Counted from the first letter of the stretch, positions 1 to 13,294 are shown. The stretch: 64,000 nucleotides of DNA from Raja brachyura (GCA_963514005.1 OY740790.1:29512001-29576000); one strand, 5' to 3'. A program made the numbers and translations. The notes: a model not told the origin generated them from the letters alone.

Positions 1-2583
1 GGTGCATCCGCAGAGCAGCAGGATGCTCTAGCCCTCCTGTGTAGCCCACTTCGGGAAACTGTTTTAGTCAGAGCTCCATCCGGCCCGACATTAACCCTGA
101 ATTCGCTGGGTTGGGTCCTACCTCCACCACACCACCAAGACAGCTGTTTGGGGAGGACCTGCCCAAGCAGGTCAACGACGAGGCCATCAAGAACACATTT
201 GCACCAGCTCCCCAACAGCAGAAGCCTTGTTAGGGCAGAGCCAGCATAGACTACCTCACCACACACCAGCTGCAGGAACAAGGATTTACCGAGGCGATTG
301 AGCAGCACCCAGCAAAGACGGAATACTAGAAACCAGTACGTCAGGCCCGCCGGTAACCATGGAGGTAAGGGGGCCTGGTTCTCTTGGAAGTGCTGCATGC
401 ATAACCTCACAAGTAGGGGGGAGGTACATACATTCTGGGGCTCTGTTTGTCACTATCCAGGGAACAGAGCTATAGACATAATAGATGCATGTAACAGCCT
501 TGCTTGCGCCAGGGAACTGACTTTCGACATGCTGCTAAGCTATGGGTAAATTGGAGCTACATTCCAGCCACATAATTGGGTCGTTACGCTATCAAAGCTT
601 GGGTGAATAAGCAAAATCTCGGCAGGTATAGCGAATGCTGGACAATTACGAGCTTATGCAACTGCCAATCACAGCATAATTGAGGTACAATGGTGGATTA
701 GCAATGATTGTGATTGTTAAATCCCATCATTACATCAAACCTAGTAGTCGCGTTACAAACCGACGCAAGCACCAAGGGCTGGGGAACTACTGACACCATT
801 CCAGTTGGGGCAGCAAATGGGATTGCATGATTCTACTTTCTTCAATCACTAGGTATAAACTGTTAGATATGCTTGGAGCATGTCACCGGCTGCGCATTAA
901 TGCACTAATCTGCAGCATACGTATGTTCGTCTTCCAAAATAATACCACTGAGTTGGCATATTAAACCTTATGGGTGGTGTCAAGTTAATATCTTGGGATG
1001 AATTGGAAACATTAATTTGGCTCTGGTGGATTGAAAGAATTGGGTTCAGCTATGTACCTTCTGGATCAGCTCAATATAGTGGCGGACACCAGGTCACAAG
1101 TATTAATAACGACATCAAGTAGATTGAACCTCCAAATATCTGCTAAAATTATAGCCTAATATGGAATACCAGATTTCGACCTCTTTGCGTCCAGGTTCAG
1201 CCATTGGATACCAACATATGTCTTGAGAACTAGATCCTGGGGCAGTGGCGATGGACGCGTTTTCACTACATTGGGGAGAAATGCGGGGTTTCTATGCTTT
1301 CTCCATTCTGCTTCATCAGACAGGTGCTGCAGGATACGCAACCAGGCTCTGCAACATAAAGGACGATGGATGTCAAACAGCATCGTGCAGAGAGAGTCCA
1401 GTAGGAAGCAGTACCTCGCCTACATAAGGATATGGGAGGTTTCTGTAGTCGGACCTAGACCATCTACATATCTGCTATACTCTCCAAGCTGCTGGTATAC
1501 TCATGGGTCATCATTAGGATGTGTCCCTCAGTTACAGTGCCAGGAGTGCATTGTCGTCCTATCGCTAGATTGGACTGCGATGAGGTAGTGTTGACCTTCC
1601 TCAGGAGCTGGTCGCCCATGATGCAGATGGTCTTGCTCACCTTCAAAGTGGTTATGGTAATGGCACTGAACACAGCTCAACAGGTCATGACTTTACAGGA
1701 ATTAAACCTGGATAGAATGACCGGACCATAATAAGGTAACTTCTTTATAGAAGAATTACTTACACTACACAGACCTGGGACTACACGTCTGCAAATGGGC
1801 ATCAGATATATGGAGACGGGTCTGTTTCAGCCATGGAAACCCACGTCACAGGGTGATTGTGCAGACTATCTCCAGATGACACGAGGTGGTATTCGGTGCA
1901 GCAGGTAAGACACTAATATTTTAAATGTCATTCTATCAGGGCTGCATCCACATCAGTGGCAAGGACCATGGCGGTGTTCATGGATTTTGGCCTCGCAATA
2001 GCGAGCTGGGCCAGTGAATCTACACTTCAGCGGTTTTATAACTGATTTATAACCGCTCCCGCAACGTTGGCGGATTCAGTTTTAAGTGCTGTTCTCTAAA
2101 CGTTTGTCCCCGAGTTCAGGGGGTTATTGTTGTATTAACAAATGTTATTATTTTTCAGCTTGTTCAAGTCTGAAATACGTTAACATACTTCCTCCATCAG
2201 AATTACGGCAGTGTGTGAGCATGGGCGTGGTCCAGGGCATGTAATCACAGAGCTTTGAAATCTTCACGAAGTCACTCACGTGACTCCGAAGTAAAATAGT
2301 AAGATTAAACAAGAACTTACCAGTTTGAAGTTTGATCTTTATTTTATGAGGAGTTGCGATGAGGGATTTCGTGCCCTCCGCTCCCAACCCTCTATTAAAT
2401 ATTCAACTGGTATGGTCAAGTTTTAATCTTACTATCTTCGGTTTGTGATCTGTGATTCCACACCGCTGCTTTGAAGAATGTCGCGCATGCGTGCCTGGCG
2501 GGGTCTTCACGAAATCCCTCATCGCAACTCCTCATAAAATAAAGATCAAACTTCAAACTGGTAAGTTCTTGTTTAATCTTACT
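1..2583 (+). mobile_element. DIRS1-like tyrosine-recombinase retrotransposon, copy 1 (5' end outside the window; coding region broken by many indels)
   Basis: Collinear with the full-length copy at 35689-41060: gag end, TAACCATGGAGGTAAGG pol start (354-370), RNase H TTACAAACCGACGCAAGC (~753), MT-region GACCTCTTTGCGTCCAGG (~1178), YR remnants, then ICR and 3' terminus. Confidence 0.92.
2261..2583 (+). repeat. DIRS internal complementary region (ICR) plus right terminus, copy 1
   Basis: 2298-2373 is an exact 76-bp reverse complement of 2508-2583; 2261-2297 is complementary to the family's 5' end. Confidence 0.95.
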
Positions 2584-2740
2584 AACAAACTCTATTGGAA
2601 GTGAAATCATGGTGAGATGTGCATTGTGAGGGGCAAGTTGCTTTCATCCTAAAAATCCAATGTGCTCTTAAAAAACAACCTTGCATTCGACAGTATCTCC
2701 ACTTTATTGCGTCCAGATTGTGAAAATCCTTTGTGAATAG

Positions 2741-2958
2741 GAAGGAACTACGGATGCTGGTTTAAATCAAAGATAGACACAAAGAGGGTAACTCAGCAGG
2801 TCAGGCAGCATCTCTGGAAATAAGGGCATTTCAGGTCACACCCGAGTTGACGACCCATCAGCCTGATGAATTATCTCGACCTGAAACATCACCTATTCCT
2901 CTTCTCCAGAGATGCTACCTGACTGCTGAGCCCCTCCAGCATTTTGTGTCCATCTTTC
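2741..2958. mobile_element. Palindromic Penelope pLTR-derived element with degenerate hammerhead core
   Basis: Inverted arms (CTCAGCAGGTCAGGCAGCATCTCTGGA / TCCAGAGATGCTACCTGACTGCTGAG) around CTGATGA...GAAAC (2863-2887). Confidence 0.7.
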
Positions 2959-3795
2959 TTATACAGACACTTTGTGAGAAGTCCTTCAACAACTAACAAA
3001 ACAATGTATCCTTTTACAACATTAATACCCAATGCACAGTTTTACCTCGGCATCCGAATATCAAAGATTTATTTATAATTATCCAACATCCCTTGCGGAC
3101 AAATTACTGTTTGGGTTGTACAATGATGTTAATTGTTTACTTTGTAAATTATTTGATTGTGAACTAAACTAAATGCATGTGGTGTTTGAATGTGACTTTG
3201 CACACTGTTCATAGCCACAATCAGGTGAAACCACTGCAATTAGCAACAGCATCACTGGGCTTTGGAAAATAAATTTGCTAGGCTTGCCTCTTCCAATTTT
3301 TATCTTGCTGGATCTATTGGAAATATAGTTACAGGGTCTTAGAGCACAGAAACAAGCCCTTTGGCCCACAAAGCCAGCAGCCACATATGTACACTAAACC
3401 TATTGCAAAGATTATTTAACTACATCCTCATTCCCATCAGTAACCACAGATTGCACTACCCTCTAACACACCAGGAGCAATTTACTGAGGCCAATCAACA
3501 TCCTTCGCTCCTTAGATGCTGCTGCACCCGCTGAGTTTCTCCAGCTTGTTGTGTAACCCTCGATTCTCCAGCATCTGCAGTTCCTTCTTTAACAACATGG
3601 AGGATTAGTTATTGGCAATGATATTTCCTGTAGGAGTGAAATATTGGTAATGCTGTGCTCTGTAGGGAGCAGAATTGGGAGTGATGTGTTATATGGAGGA
3701 GGGGCATTACAGTGCTGTGTTTTATTAAAGTTTCCATAGCTTCAGGAACACGACAGTTATCGACGTGGATCACCAGATCGAAAGCAATTAAAATC

Positions 3796-4112
3796 GGTGG
3801 CACAACATTGCAGCTGGTGGAGTTGCTGCTCACAGCGCCAGGGACCCAGGTTCAATCCTGACCTCAGGTGCTGTCTGCATGGAGTTTGCACATGCTTCCT
3901 GTGACCACGTGGGGTTCCTCCGGGTGCTCTGGTTTCCTCACACATTCCAAAGATGTGCGGATTTGTCGGTAAATTGACTTCTATAAATTGCCACTAATAT
4001 GCAAGGGAAATGAGATAATGTAAAATTAGTGTGACCGAGTAATCAATGGTTGTTATGGACTTGGTAGGCTGAGGGGTCTGTTTCCATGCTGCATCTTTAA
4101 AAACTGAAACTA
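3796..4112 (+). mobile_element. tRNA-derived V-type (HE1-like) SINE
   Basis: tRNA-like head with B-box GGTTCAATCC, core GGAGTTTGCACATG...CTGGTTTCCTC, CR1-like tail; many similar copies in the window. Confidence 0.8.
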
Positions 4113-4127
4113 ACATATAAATGAGCA

Positions 4128-5100
4128 AGGTAGACACAAAATGCTGGAGTAACTCAGCGCAACAGGCAGTATCACTGGAGAGAAGGAATGGGTGACGTTT
4201 TGTGTCGAGACCCTTTTTCAGACTGATTTTAGGGGAGATGGCGGGACAAAGATAGAATGTAGTTGGAGACAGTAAGACTGATGGGAGAACTGGGAAGGGG
4301 GGGGGGGATGGAGAGAGGGGAAAAGTAAGGGCTATTTGAAGTTAGAGAAGTCAATGTTCATTCCAATGGGTTGTAAACCACACAAGCGAAATATGAGGTG
4401 CTGTTCCTCCAATTTACACTGGGCCTCACTCTAGCAATAGAGGTTCTCAGGATAGAAAGGTCAGATTGGGAATGGGAGGGGGAGTTAAAGTGTTGAGCAA
4501 CCAGGAGATCAGATAGGTTAAGGCGGACTGAGCAGAGGTGTTCAGCGAAACGATCGCCGAGCATGCGCTTGGTCTCACTGATGTACAGAAATTGACACCT
4601 GGAACAGTGGATACATTAGATGAGGTTGAAGGAGGTGCAAGTGAACCTCTGCATCACCTGAAAAGAATGTCAGGGTCCTTGGATGGTGTTGAAGAGGGAG
4701 GTAAAGGGACAGGTGTTGCATTTCCTGCGTTTGCAGGAGAAAGTACCTGGTTTGGGTGGGAAGGGACGAGTTGACCAGGGAGTTGTGGAGGGAATGGTCT
4801 CTGCGGAAAGCAGAAAGGGGTGAAGATGGGAAGATGTGGCCAGTAGTGGGATCCCGTTGTAGGTGGCAAAGGCGTTGGAGGATTATATGCTGTATGCAAC
4901 AGCTGATGGGGTGCAAGGTTAGGACAAAGAAGACTTGTCATTGTGAATGGGGGGAGGGGGAGCAGGAGGGGAGCTGTGGGATATCGAGGAGAACCTAGTG
5001 AGAACCTCGTCTATAGTGGAAGATTGGAACCCCCATTTCCTAAAGAATGAGGACTTCTCCGATGATCTAGTATGGAAAACCTCATGGTGGCCGTAGATGC
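4128..5100 (-). mobile_element. Penelope-like element 3' fragment (GIY-YIG endonuclease region plus pLTR)
   Basis: Minus ORFs LGDRFAEHL..VAQHFNSPSHS and HLQRDPTTGHIFPSSPLSAFRRDHSL are typical of PLE C-termini, followed by the pLTR with a degenerate hammerhead at ~4190-4225. Confidence 0.85.
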
Positions 5101-6342
5101 AGCATCTAGAGTTCTCTCCTCACACAATTTAATTTATACATATGAATGAGCATGGCAATAATGTTAAACAATAAATAATAATAAATATTACTTCATCAGC
5201 AAAAGAAATACCATCAAAGCACCTATTCTCCATGTGTTATAGTTTATATATTGCTGAATTGTCGGTACTGCAGCCTTTATGACAACTGCAGCCTTTAAGC
5301 CTTTAAAGTCGGGAAATCTTCACAGATTGTTTTAATTTGGGTTATTCCTCAAGTGTGAGATAACACATATGACATAACATGTATTGATTTCAAAGACTTG
5401 GTTAAAGACAACAAGCAAAGGAAAGTAAACATCACAATAAAAGCTGGACATATAATTGAGTAATGGGAAGGAAATGAGGCTAAGAAAGTTGAAAAATGTC
5501 AGTGATATTTCAGATGATCTTTGTGGGACCATTGCTTATCAAGCAGAGCAGAAATGTGAATGGTAGTTCAGCTTTATGATGATTATAGTCAGAGGAGATT
5601 AAGCTAGAGTACTCAACAGAAGATGTACAAAATCTTGGAGAGGATGTTTACATGAGGGTAGTTGGTAAATTAAGCTTCATGTCAGTTTTGCGCATTGGAT
5701 TGTACAAGATAAATAACATGTGACAAGCCATTTGCCCAATCTTTGATCCATGCCAGTATTTATTCATCACTCAAACACCTTCCTATCTCTCCCCATCTTA
5801 ATTTATCACTGAACCCAAACCCATCCTTACTGCTCATCTCAACCGTTTCCACAGTAAGTGAGTTCCACGTTCTTAACAATCTTTCAAAAAAAAGTAATTT
5901 TGAAGATTAACAGAGATGCATGTGCTGATTGGGTAGTTCAGGACTCATCAAAAGTATAACATGAAGTTCAGGTGTTCAAAGCAATACAACATAAAGTAGC
6001 AAAATTAATTCTGATGCCAGGGAGCATGGCAATAAAGAACTGCCCGGTATGTAAGTAAATGGTACAATCTGGGTTGGTGAAAGAGGACTAGTTAATGCGA
6101 ATGTCAGGAGAATTTGGTTAATGGGGTAGGATTGCTTCATGAATCAACATAGATTTGATGTGCTGTATGTTTTTCTTCATTTGTCAAATATAGAAATGTT
6201 TCAATGTTACATACAATCATAAGCAGGATATAAAATAACTCTTAAGCAAACCTTCGGAAATGCTAAGATAGCTTGTAAAAGGTTAAGGGATCAGGAAGAA
6301 AACTTAAAACGTTGAAAAGGCGGCCAGGATTATACTCTTTAT

Positions 6343-6547
6343 TTTTAAGAAGGAACTGCAGATGCTGGAAAATCAAAGGTGGACAAAAATGCTGGAGAAA
6401 CTCAGCAGGTGAGGCAGCACCTATGGAGCGAAGAAAATAGGCAACATCTCAGGCCTGAAGAAGGGTTTCAGCCCGAAACGTTGCCTACTTACTTCGCTCC
6501 ATAGATGCTGCCTCACCCACTGAGTTTCTCCAGCATTTTTGTCCACC
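6343..6547. mobile_element. Short palindromic Penelope-derived insertion with 13-bp TSD
   Basis: Arms 6376-6445 and 6480-6549 are inverted; TTATACTCTTTAT at 6330-6342 and 6548-6560. Confidence 0.85.
6451..6486 (+). ncRNA. Minimal type I hammerhead ribozyme motif (PLE type)
   Basis: AGGC-CUGAAGA-A-GGGU(UUCA)GCCC-GAAAC-GUU^GCCU: core boxes, stem II, stem I AGGC/GCCU and a loop-less palindromic stem III; activity untested. Confidence 0.6.
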
Positions 6548-6809
6548 TTATACTCTTTATCGTTCTTTTATGGGTGTCATAAGCACGTCCAGTAAACATT
6601 ATCCAGTTGCCCTTAGAAGGAAGCATTGAGCTCCCTCCATTAATAATTTTCCGTAAAAGTCAGCATTTTGCTGGAATACGGTTAAAAGTCAATCAAGTTG
6701 CTTCAGGTCCAATAATAACTAGCAGCCACTGCTTCTTAAAAATGATTGGCAATGGGTTTTTGCAAAAAATTGTGGTTCTGCATCACTATTAACAATTTTG
6801 GCTTTTTAA

Positions 6810-7112
6810 TTGATACATTAGAAATGCAGCATGGAAACAGACCCTTCGTCCCAATGGGTCCACACTAACCAGCGATCACTCTGCATACTAGCACAATCCT
6901 AACACTAGGGACAGTTTCTGATTTTTACCGAAGCCAATTAACCTACAAACCTGTGCATCTTTGGAACATTGGAGAATACTGGGGCATGTGGAGAAAACCT
7001 ATATGGTCACAAGGAAAAGGTACAAACTCTGTACAGACAGCAGCCATTGTCGGGATCAAGCCCAGGTCTCTGGCAATATAACGTAGCAACTCTACCGTTG
7101 TGCCACTGTACC
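6810..7112 (-). mobile_element. HE1-like SINE
   Basis: Reverse complement of the SINE seen at 35025-35335. Confidence 0.8.
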
Positions 7113-7510
7113 ACTCATGGATTTCTGTCATAGATTTATTTAGTGGACAGTCAGAGAATCTATTCGCAGGGTGGAAATGTCTAATGCTGGAATGCACTGC
7201 TGGGGCAATGGTGGAGGCAGATAAAATAGTAGTGTTTAAGAGGCTTTTAGATGGGCCCTTAGATGTGCAGGGAATGGAGGGATATAGATCATGTGCGGGC
7301 AGGTGAGTTTAGCTTGCCGTTATGTTCAGCACAGATATTGTGTTCCTGTTCTGTACTTCTCTATGTTCTGCGATTAACCACATTTAAATTCCCCAGAAAT
7401 TTGAAATCATGAGACTTGATCAGTTTGGATCTGTGAGCTATTACTGCAGAGGCAACAACATCATATTCGTATAGCTCTGAACATTGTAGAGACTAGAAAA
7501 TGGAAAAGAC

Positions 7511-7757
7511 ATGGTGTCGCAGCAGGAGACAATCCCAGAGGCCCGGGTTCAATCCTGACTACGGGTGCCGTCTGTACCAAGTTTATACATCTTTCTCTCT
7601 CACATTCCAAAGGCATACAGATTTGTAGGTTTATTGGTTTTGGTTCATAAATTGTCCCTAGGGTGTAAGATAATGGTAGTGTATGGGGATCGCTGGTCGG
7701 TGCAGACTCGGTGGGCCAAAGAGGCTGTTGCTGTGCTGTATCTCTAAACTAAACTAA
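7511..7757 (+). mobile_element. HE1-like SINE, internally deleted
   Basis: GGGTTCAATCCTGACTACGGGTGCCGTCTGTAC ... TGTATCTCTAAACTAAACTAA tail. Confidence 0.8.
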
Positions 7758-8984
7758 TTGAGATAGTAATGGGTTTGTTTTCATGTTGATTGTAGAAATA
7801 TCTCCATCTAAGTATGTGTTCTGCAAATTCATCATGTGAACACCAATTTCCATGATGCTGAGTGCAGGACACAGTGTAGTGGTAGGGGATGAGTCAAATG
7901 GTCTATTTCTGTGCCATAAATTGCAATGATTCTAAATCACATATTGACACAGCTATTTACAACTAGAAAATTAAGGATAATTTAAGATATAAGGGTAGAG
8001 GAATCAAAAACTAAAGGGCATTGGCTTAAGATGAGATGTGAAAAAATTAATAAAACCTTAGGGGCAACCTTTTCACTCATAGAGCACTGGCAGATGGAAC
8101 AAGCTGCTAAGCAAGGTAGCTGTGGCAAGCCCAATAACAACACTTGAGACATTTGTACAGGTACATGCATAAAAAAAGATTGTAGGGATATGGGCCAAAT
8201 GCAAGCAAATTTCCTTGGTGGGGCATCTTGGTCGACATGGACAAATTTGGCTGAAAGGCCTGTTTCCATGTTATATGGCTATCATTAATGAATGGTAAGG
8301 CTGGAAATTCTGAATTATTTCACTGTTTTTGTTTGTAATGCCACTCTATTTCAATGAGACATTATTACCAGCATAAGTGTACCACATTTGTAATAGAGAA
8401 GAACAAATTGATTTCTACTAAGAATGAGCTGTGGAGAATTTTACTCTGCATATTGATGCAAAATACTGTAATTATAATTGGGCGTGGAGACTGTAATTGA
8501 GCCCGTTAAAATATTTGCATTTAATAACGAGTCAAACATTGAAAGACTTCTTAAGATAGGGCAGCAATTTCAAACGCAGCCCGGAAAGACAGGATTAAGA
8601 AAGAAGTGTCCTGAATATGTAATCAAGAAAGGATGCTGCGGGAGTGGTAGAATTCAGTCCAAGTAGGCTAGTGGTCCTAGTGCAAAAGTAGGGAATCAAA
8701 TGTTTTGATAAGGCCAAAGGGTAGGTCAAACCAGATAGATCTGATTAAATGTTTTTGAAGAAATGACTAAAATAGTGAATAGGGAATATCATATAAATAA
8801 GGTGCAAATATATTTGTTATTGTCCTTTTAAATGCCTGTTGTGAAAAGATGAAGCCCATGGGATTACGTGGTATTTATTGATCGGCACTGGAAATTATCT
8901 GAGTAGCAAGAGACTGCAGAGATAATGGACATGTGCTCCAATTTGTGGAATGATACTCGTGGCATACTGTAAAAAGACACCACG

Positions 8985-9440
8985 AGAGCATACTGTACAG
9001 TTGCATCACAGCTACATTCAGTAACAACTCTGCCCAAGACCGTAAGAAACTACAGAGTGGATGTAGCCCAGTCCATCACCAGACCTCCCACTATTGATTC
9101 CATCTATTCTTCATGCTAGCACAGAAAAGCAGCCAACATAATGAAAATCTTGTTCCAGTCCGGTCATTCGTTCTTCTACCTGCTCCCATCCACCTGAAGA
9201 TACAGAAGCTTGAAAGCACAGACTACCAGATTCATAAATAGCTTCTTCCACCCTTTATTCAACTTTATAGCGTCCTTCCATATGCTACTGTATTGTCTGA
9301 TTCACCTCTACGTTCTTGTGAGCATTAGACTTTGTATATGGAAACTGTTGCACTACAATGCTGAAAACTATATTATGCACTCTGTATCTTTCCCTTTCCT
9401 CTATTGATTGTACTTTGATTAGATTGCATTCATGCATATT
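8985..9440 (+). mobile_element. Rex1/Babar-type LINE 3' fragment
   Basis: Encodes LLPS..RYRSLKAQTTRFINSFF, the typical C-terminus of this clade, followed by the shared 3' UTR. Confidence 0.65.
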
Positions 9441-9444
9441 ATCT

Positions 9445-10207
9445 AAATGGTGGCCAATTAGGAAAAGGGGAGATGCAGTGCGACCTGGGTGTCATGGTAC
9501 ACCAGTCATTGAAAGTAGGCATGCAGGTGCAGCAGGCAGTGAAGAAAGCCAATGGTATGTTAGCTTTCATAGCAAAAGGATTTGAGTATAGGAGCAGTGA
9601 GGTTCTACTTCAGTTGTATAGGGTCTTGGTGAGACCACACCTGGAGTATTACGTACAGTTCTGGTCTCCAAATCTGAGGAAGGACATTATTGCCATAGAG
9701 GGAGTGCAAAGAAGATTCACCAGATTGATTCCTGGGATGTCAGGACTGTCTTATGAACAGAGACTGGATAGACTTGGTTTATACTCTCTAGAATTTAGGA
9801 GACTGAGAGGGGATCTTATAGAATCTTACAAAATTCTTAAGGGGTTGGACAGGCTAGATGCAGGAAGATTGTTCCCGATGTTGGGGAGGTCCAGGACAAG
9901 GGGTCACAGCTTGAGGATAAGGGGGAAATCCTTTAGGACCGAGATGAGAAGGTCTTTTTCCACACAGAGAGTGGTGGGTCTCTGGAACTCTCTGCCACAG
10001 AGGGTAGTTGAGGCCAGTTCATTGCCTATATTTAAGAGGGAGTTAGATGTGGCCCTTGTGGCTAAGGGGATCAGAGGGGATGGAGAGAAGGCAGGTACGG
10101 GATACTGAGTTGGATGATCAGCCATGATCATATTGAATGGCAGTGCAGGCTCGAAGGGCTGAATGGCATACTCCTGCACCTAATTTCTATTTTTCTATGT
10201 TTCTATG
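9445..10207 (+). mobile_element. CR1 LINE 3' fragment (young; open ORF 9473-10108)
   Basis: LVRPHLEYYVQFWSP, LYSLEFRRLRGDLIE, SRTRGHSL, FSTQRVVGLWNSLP; 3' UTR ends in (TTCTATGT)n. Confidence 0.95.
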
Positions 10208-10624
10208 TATATTCTGATCTGATTCGATAGCAGGCAAAACACATGACAATAATGAACCTAAACCTAAGAATCTGTGCTGAAGCCAAAATTAAGTGATGAG
10301 TTCATCATTTAGTATGGTGTAGAACGAGAAGCACCCAAATTCTTTGATGACTGTGAATGACCAAATTCCAGTGTTGAAGTATAAAGAGTTTGTGATGACA
10401 TGGTGATATCAACATGTTAAATCAACAGGCAAAATTAATCCAAACAGATTTTAGTTCAGGCAAACATGAGTTCATTGATCTTAGGACTACAAAGGATAGA
10501 ATCAGGGACTTTATTCATGGTGAAAAATCTGAAGAATCCAATGACCCTTGGAAGTCTATATATAGATCAATAAGATATCGCAGTTGGAGCAGGGAAGCTA
10601 TAAAACAAATATCAACTAATATCA

Positions 10625-10935
10625 ATGGGAGAGACCAGGACCAGAGGGCACAGCCTCAGAATCAAAGGATGTTCCTGTAGAATAGAGATGAGTGGGAATG
10701 TATTTAGCCAGAGGGCAATGAATCTGTGGAATTCATTGGCACATATAGCTATAGAGGCCATGTTATTGGGTATTTTTAAAGCAGAGATTATAGGTTTTTG
10801 ATTAGTAAGGGTATCAAAGGTTACAGGGAGAAGGCAGGAGAATGTGGTTGATAGGAAAAAATAGATTAGCCATGATCAAAGGCAGAGCAGACCCAATGGG
10901 CTGAAAGGCCTAATTCTGCTGTTATGTCTCTTAAG
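10625..10935 (+). mobile_element. CR1 LINE 3' fragment
   Basis: TRGHSLR- and NLWNSL-like coding remnant plus CR1 3' UTR. Confidence 0.75.
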
Positions 10936-11804
10936 GTCTAAAACTTAACTTTACATCTGGAGAATTGGAGATCAAATGCAATGAATCATACCACAAATAC
11001 ACTACGCCCTTGACCAGCCACGGTGACCACCCTGACAGCTTATCTGGTCCCAAAGTTCAGGACAGATGTTTGGCCTTTCAAGGTATACAGTGATGAATAA
11101 CACCAGAATTCTTAATGACTAAATTAAGAGCAGAGGTTAAAATAAATCTGGAAATTGGGTGGTTAGGAGGAGATATGTTTGTTTTTTTTATCAAAGATTT
11201 AAAAGGGATCAGATAGGGTAGCTGGATAGAAACTAATTCAGAAGTCTGAAGAAGGTTCTTGACCCAAAACATTAATTATCCATGTTCTCCAGAGATGCAG
11301 ACTTGCTGTTACTCCAGCACATTGTGTCCTTTTGTGAAGAAACTAATTCAACTCATTAAGCCCTGTGGACTAAGGGTTATGATTTAAAAAGTTGGAGTCA
11401 GGCCTTTCAGGAGTGAAGAGGCAATCAGTACCAGATTGATCATTAATTTTAAATCTGAGTTTGATAGATTTTTAATCATGAAAATGCACAAAGGAGTTTG
11501 GGGACATACAGATACAGGGGCTCCCCAGGCTACAGAAGACCTGACTTTACTCAAATTCTCCCATACATTTTCAAAGAATTTTGCAACAAAATAATGATAA
11601 CATGTTTGGTGGTATTCATTAACAACTGGATACTATACATGTTCCATTCGTTTAGTTATGTGCCATGTGAGAGAATATCCAATGAAATGAGAGAATTATA
11701 GGAATTACATGTTGTGTTGTTCGACTGTTAGGGTGAATATTATTTAATTTAATTGAATGTTCAATCTAACTGTCAAGCAATATGACTTGGAAGATAGAAC
11801 CATA

Positions 11805-13055
11805 TCACCTGTCTGCCTACAATGACTTGACATGCTTGCCACAGTCATGGCCAGCAACAGCAACAGTGAGCCGTTTCAAGTCAGATCAAGAGTGAAACAG
11901 GGATGCGTGATTTTCCCAAAATTGTTCACCATCTTCATTGCGACAACCATCCACATCATTCAAGATGACCTAGCCCCAGGAATTGAAATAGTCTACAGAA
12001 CAGATGGCAGGCTTTTCAATCTTGCCCGTCTCAAGTCCAAAACTAAGACATTTATGAGTTTCCTCATCGAGTTCCAATACGCAGACACCAACTGTGTTGC
12101 AGGTCTCTCAGAAAATCATCTGCAATAGATCCTGAATGCCTTCAACAGTGCATTCACGAAACTTGGACTTCCCATCAACTCCAAGAAGACTCAGGTTATC
12201 TACTAATCGTCACCAACTGAGTTCAACTTGGTGAAACAACCCTGGAAAATGTGGATCACTTTCCATACCTTGGACGTCACCTCTCCTCCAATGTCGACCT
12301 TGATGACAAGATCCAACATTGTCTTAAATGTGCTGGAACAGCTTTTGGACGTCTTCGAATGAGAGTCTTTCCAAATCGTGACATCCAAACAGACACCAAA
12401 ATGTTAGTGTACAAGGCAGTGGTGATTCCAATGCTCCTGTATGCATCGGAAACCTGGATACCATACCGACGCCATCTGAAAACACTTAAAAAGTTCTATC
12501 AACGATGTATTTGAAGCAGCTTAAATATCAGTTGGGAAGACAGGAGAACCAATGTCAGCGTGTTGAATGAAGCAAAAACATCTTGCCTCAAAGCCTTCAT
12601 CATCCAGAACCAACTAAGATGGGCCGGTCATGTTGTTCAGATATAAGACGTCTACCAAAGCAAACCTTCTACTCCCAGCTTAAAAAAGGCAAACGGAAAA
12701 GAGGCGGACAGAAGAAGGGATTCAAAGACACATTAAAAGCCAGCATGAAGAAATGTGCAATCAACATCAACAATTGGGAAACTAATGCCAAGGACAGGAA
12801 ACTCTGGCGAACCATCATCCATGAAGGAACAACGACCTTCGAAGCCAAGAGATGCACAGAATTAGAAGAAAAGAGAAGAAAAAGGAAAGAGAGACAGCAA
12901 CAACCAAAGCCCGATCTGCCATCTGGAATTACCTGTCCTGAATGTCAAATAACTTTCAAAGCTAGGATCGGATTCATAAGCCACCTGAGAGTCCATAAAA
13001 ACAAAAGAATGTGGACCATCATCCTCGACCTCGAGCGATAGCCACAACGACAACA
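11805..13055 (+). mobile_element. RTE-clade (BovB-like) LINE, 5'-truncated
   Basis: ORFs SEPFQV..VKQGCV, YRTDGRLFNL, QYAD, FPYLG, VYKAVVIPMLLYASETW, RLPKQTFY, and a C-terminal CPEC..FKARIG..SHLRVH knuckle; (ACA/ACG)n tail. Confidence 0.92.
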
Positions 13056-13294
13056 ATGTCTGTGCCGATCATGATGCCAAGATAAACTAATCCCATCTGC
13101 CTACATATGACCAATACCCCTCTAGTCGCTGCCCATCTAAAAGCTTCTTAAATGCCAATATTATACCTGCCTCCACCACTGCCCCGGAGGTGTACTCTGT
13201 GTAAAAAAAACTTGCCCAGCGCTTCTCATTGAAATGTTTCCCCTCTCATCTTAAAGCAAAGCCCAATGGTGTCATATCAGAGTGTATCTGACAT

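Larger units (their letters stand above)
8700..11510 (+). mobile_element. Old, highly decayed CR1 LINE ORF2 hosting nested younger insertions
   Basis: Remnant motifs: FFEEMTK-like at ~8750, FN..K.E..H.G-like at ~10450, and RP.LEY/KD..A-like at ~11000, in CR1 order. Confidence 0.5.

Noticed and set aside
2298-2583. 76-bp hairpin as a miRNA precursor or MITE
   Set aside because: Explained by DIRS ICR/terminus complementarity, present in all three copies
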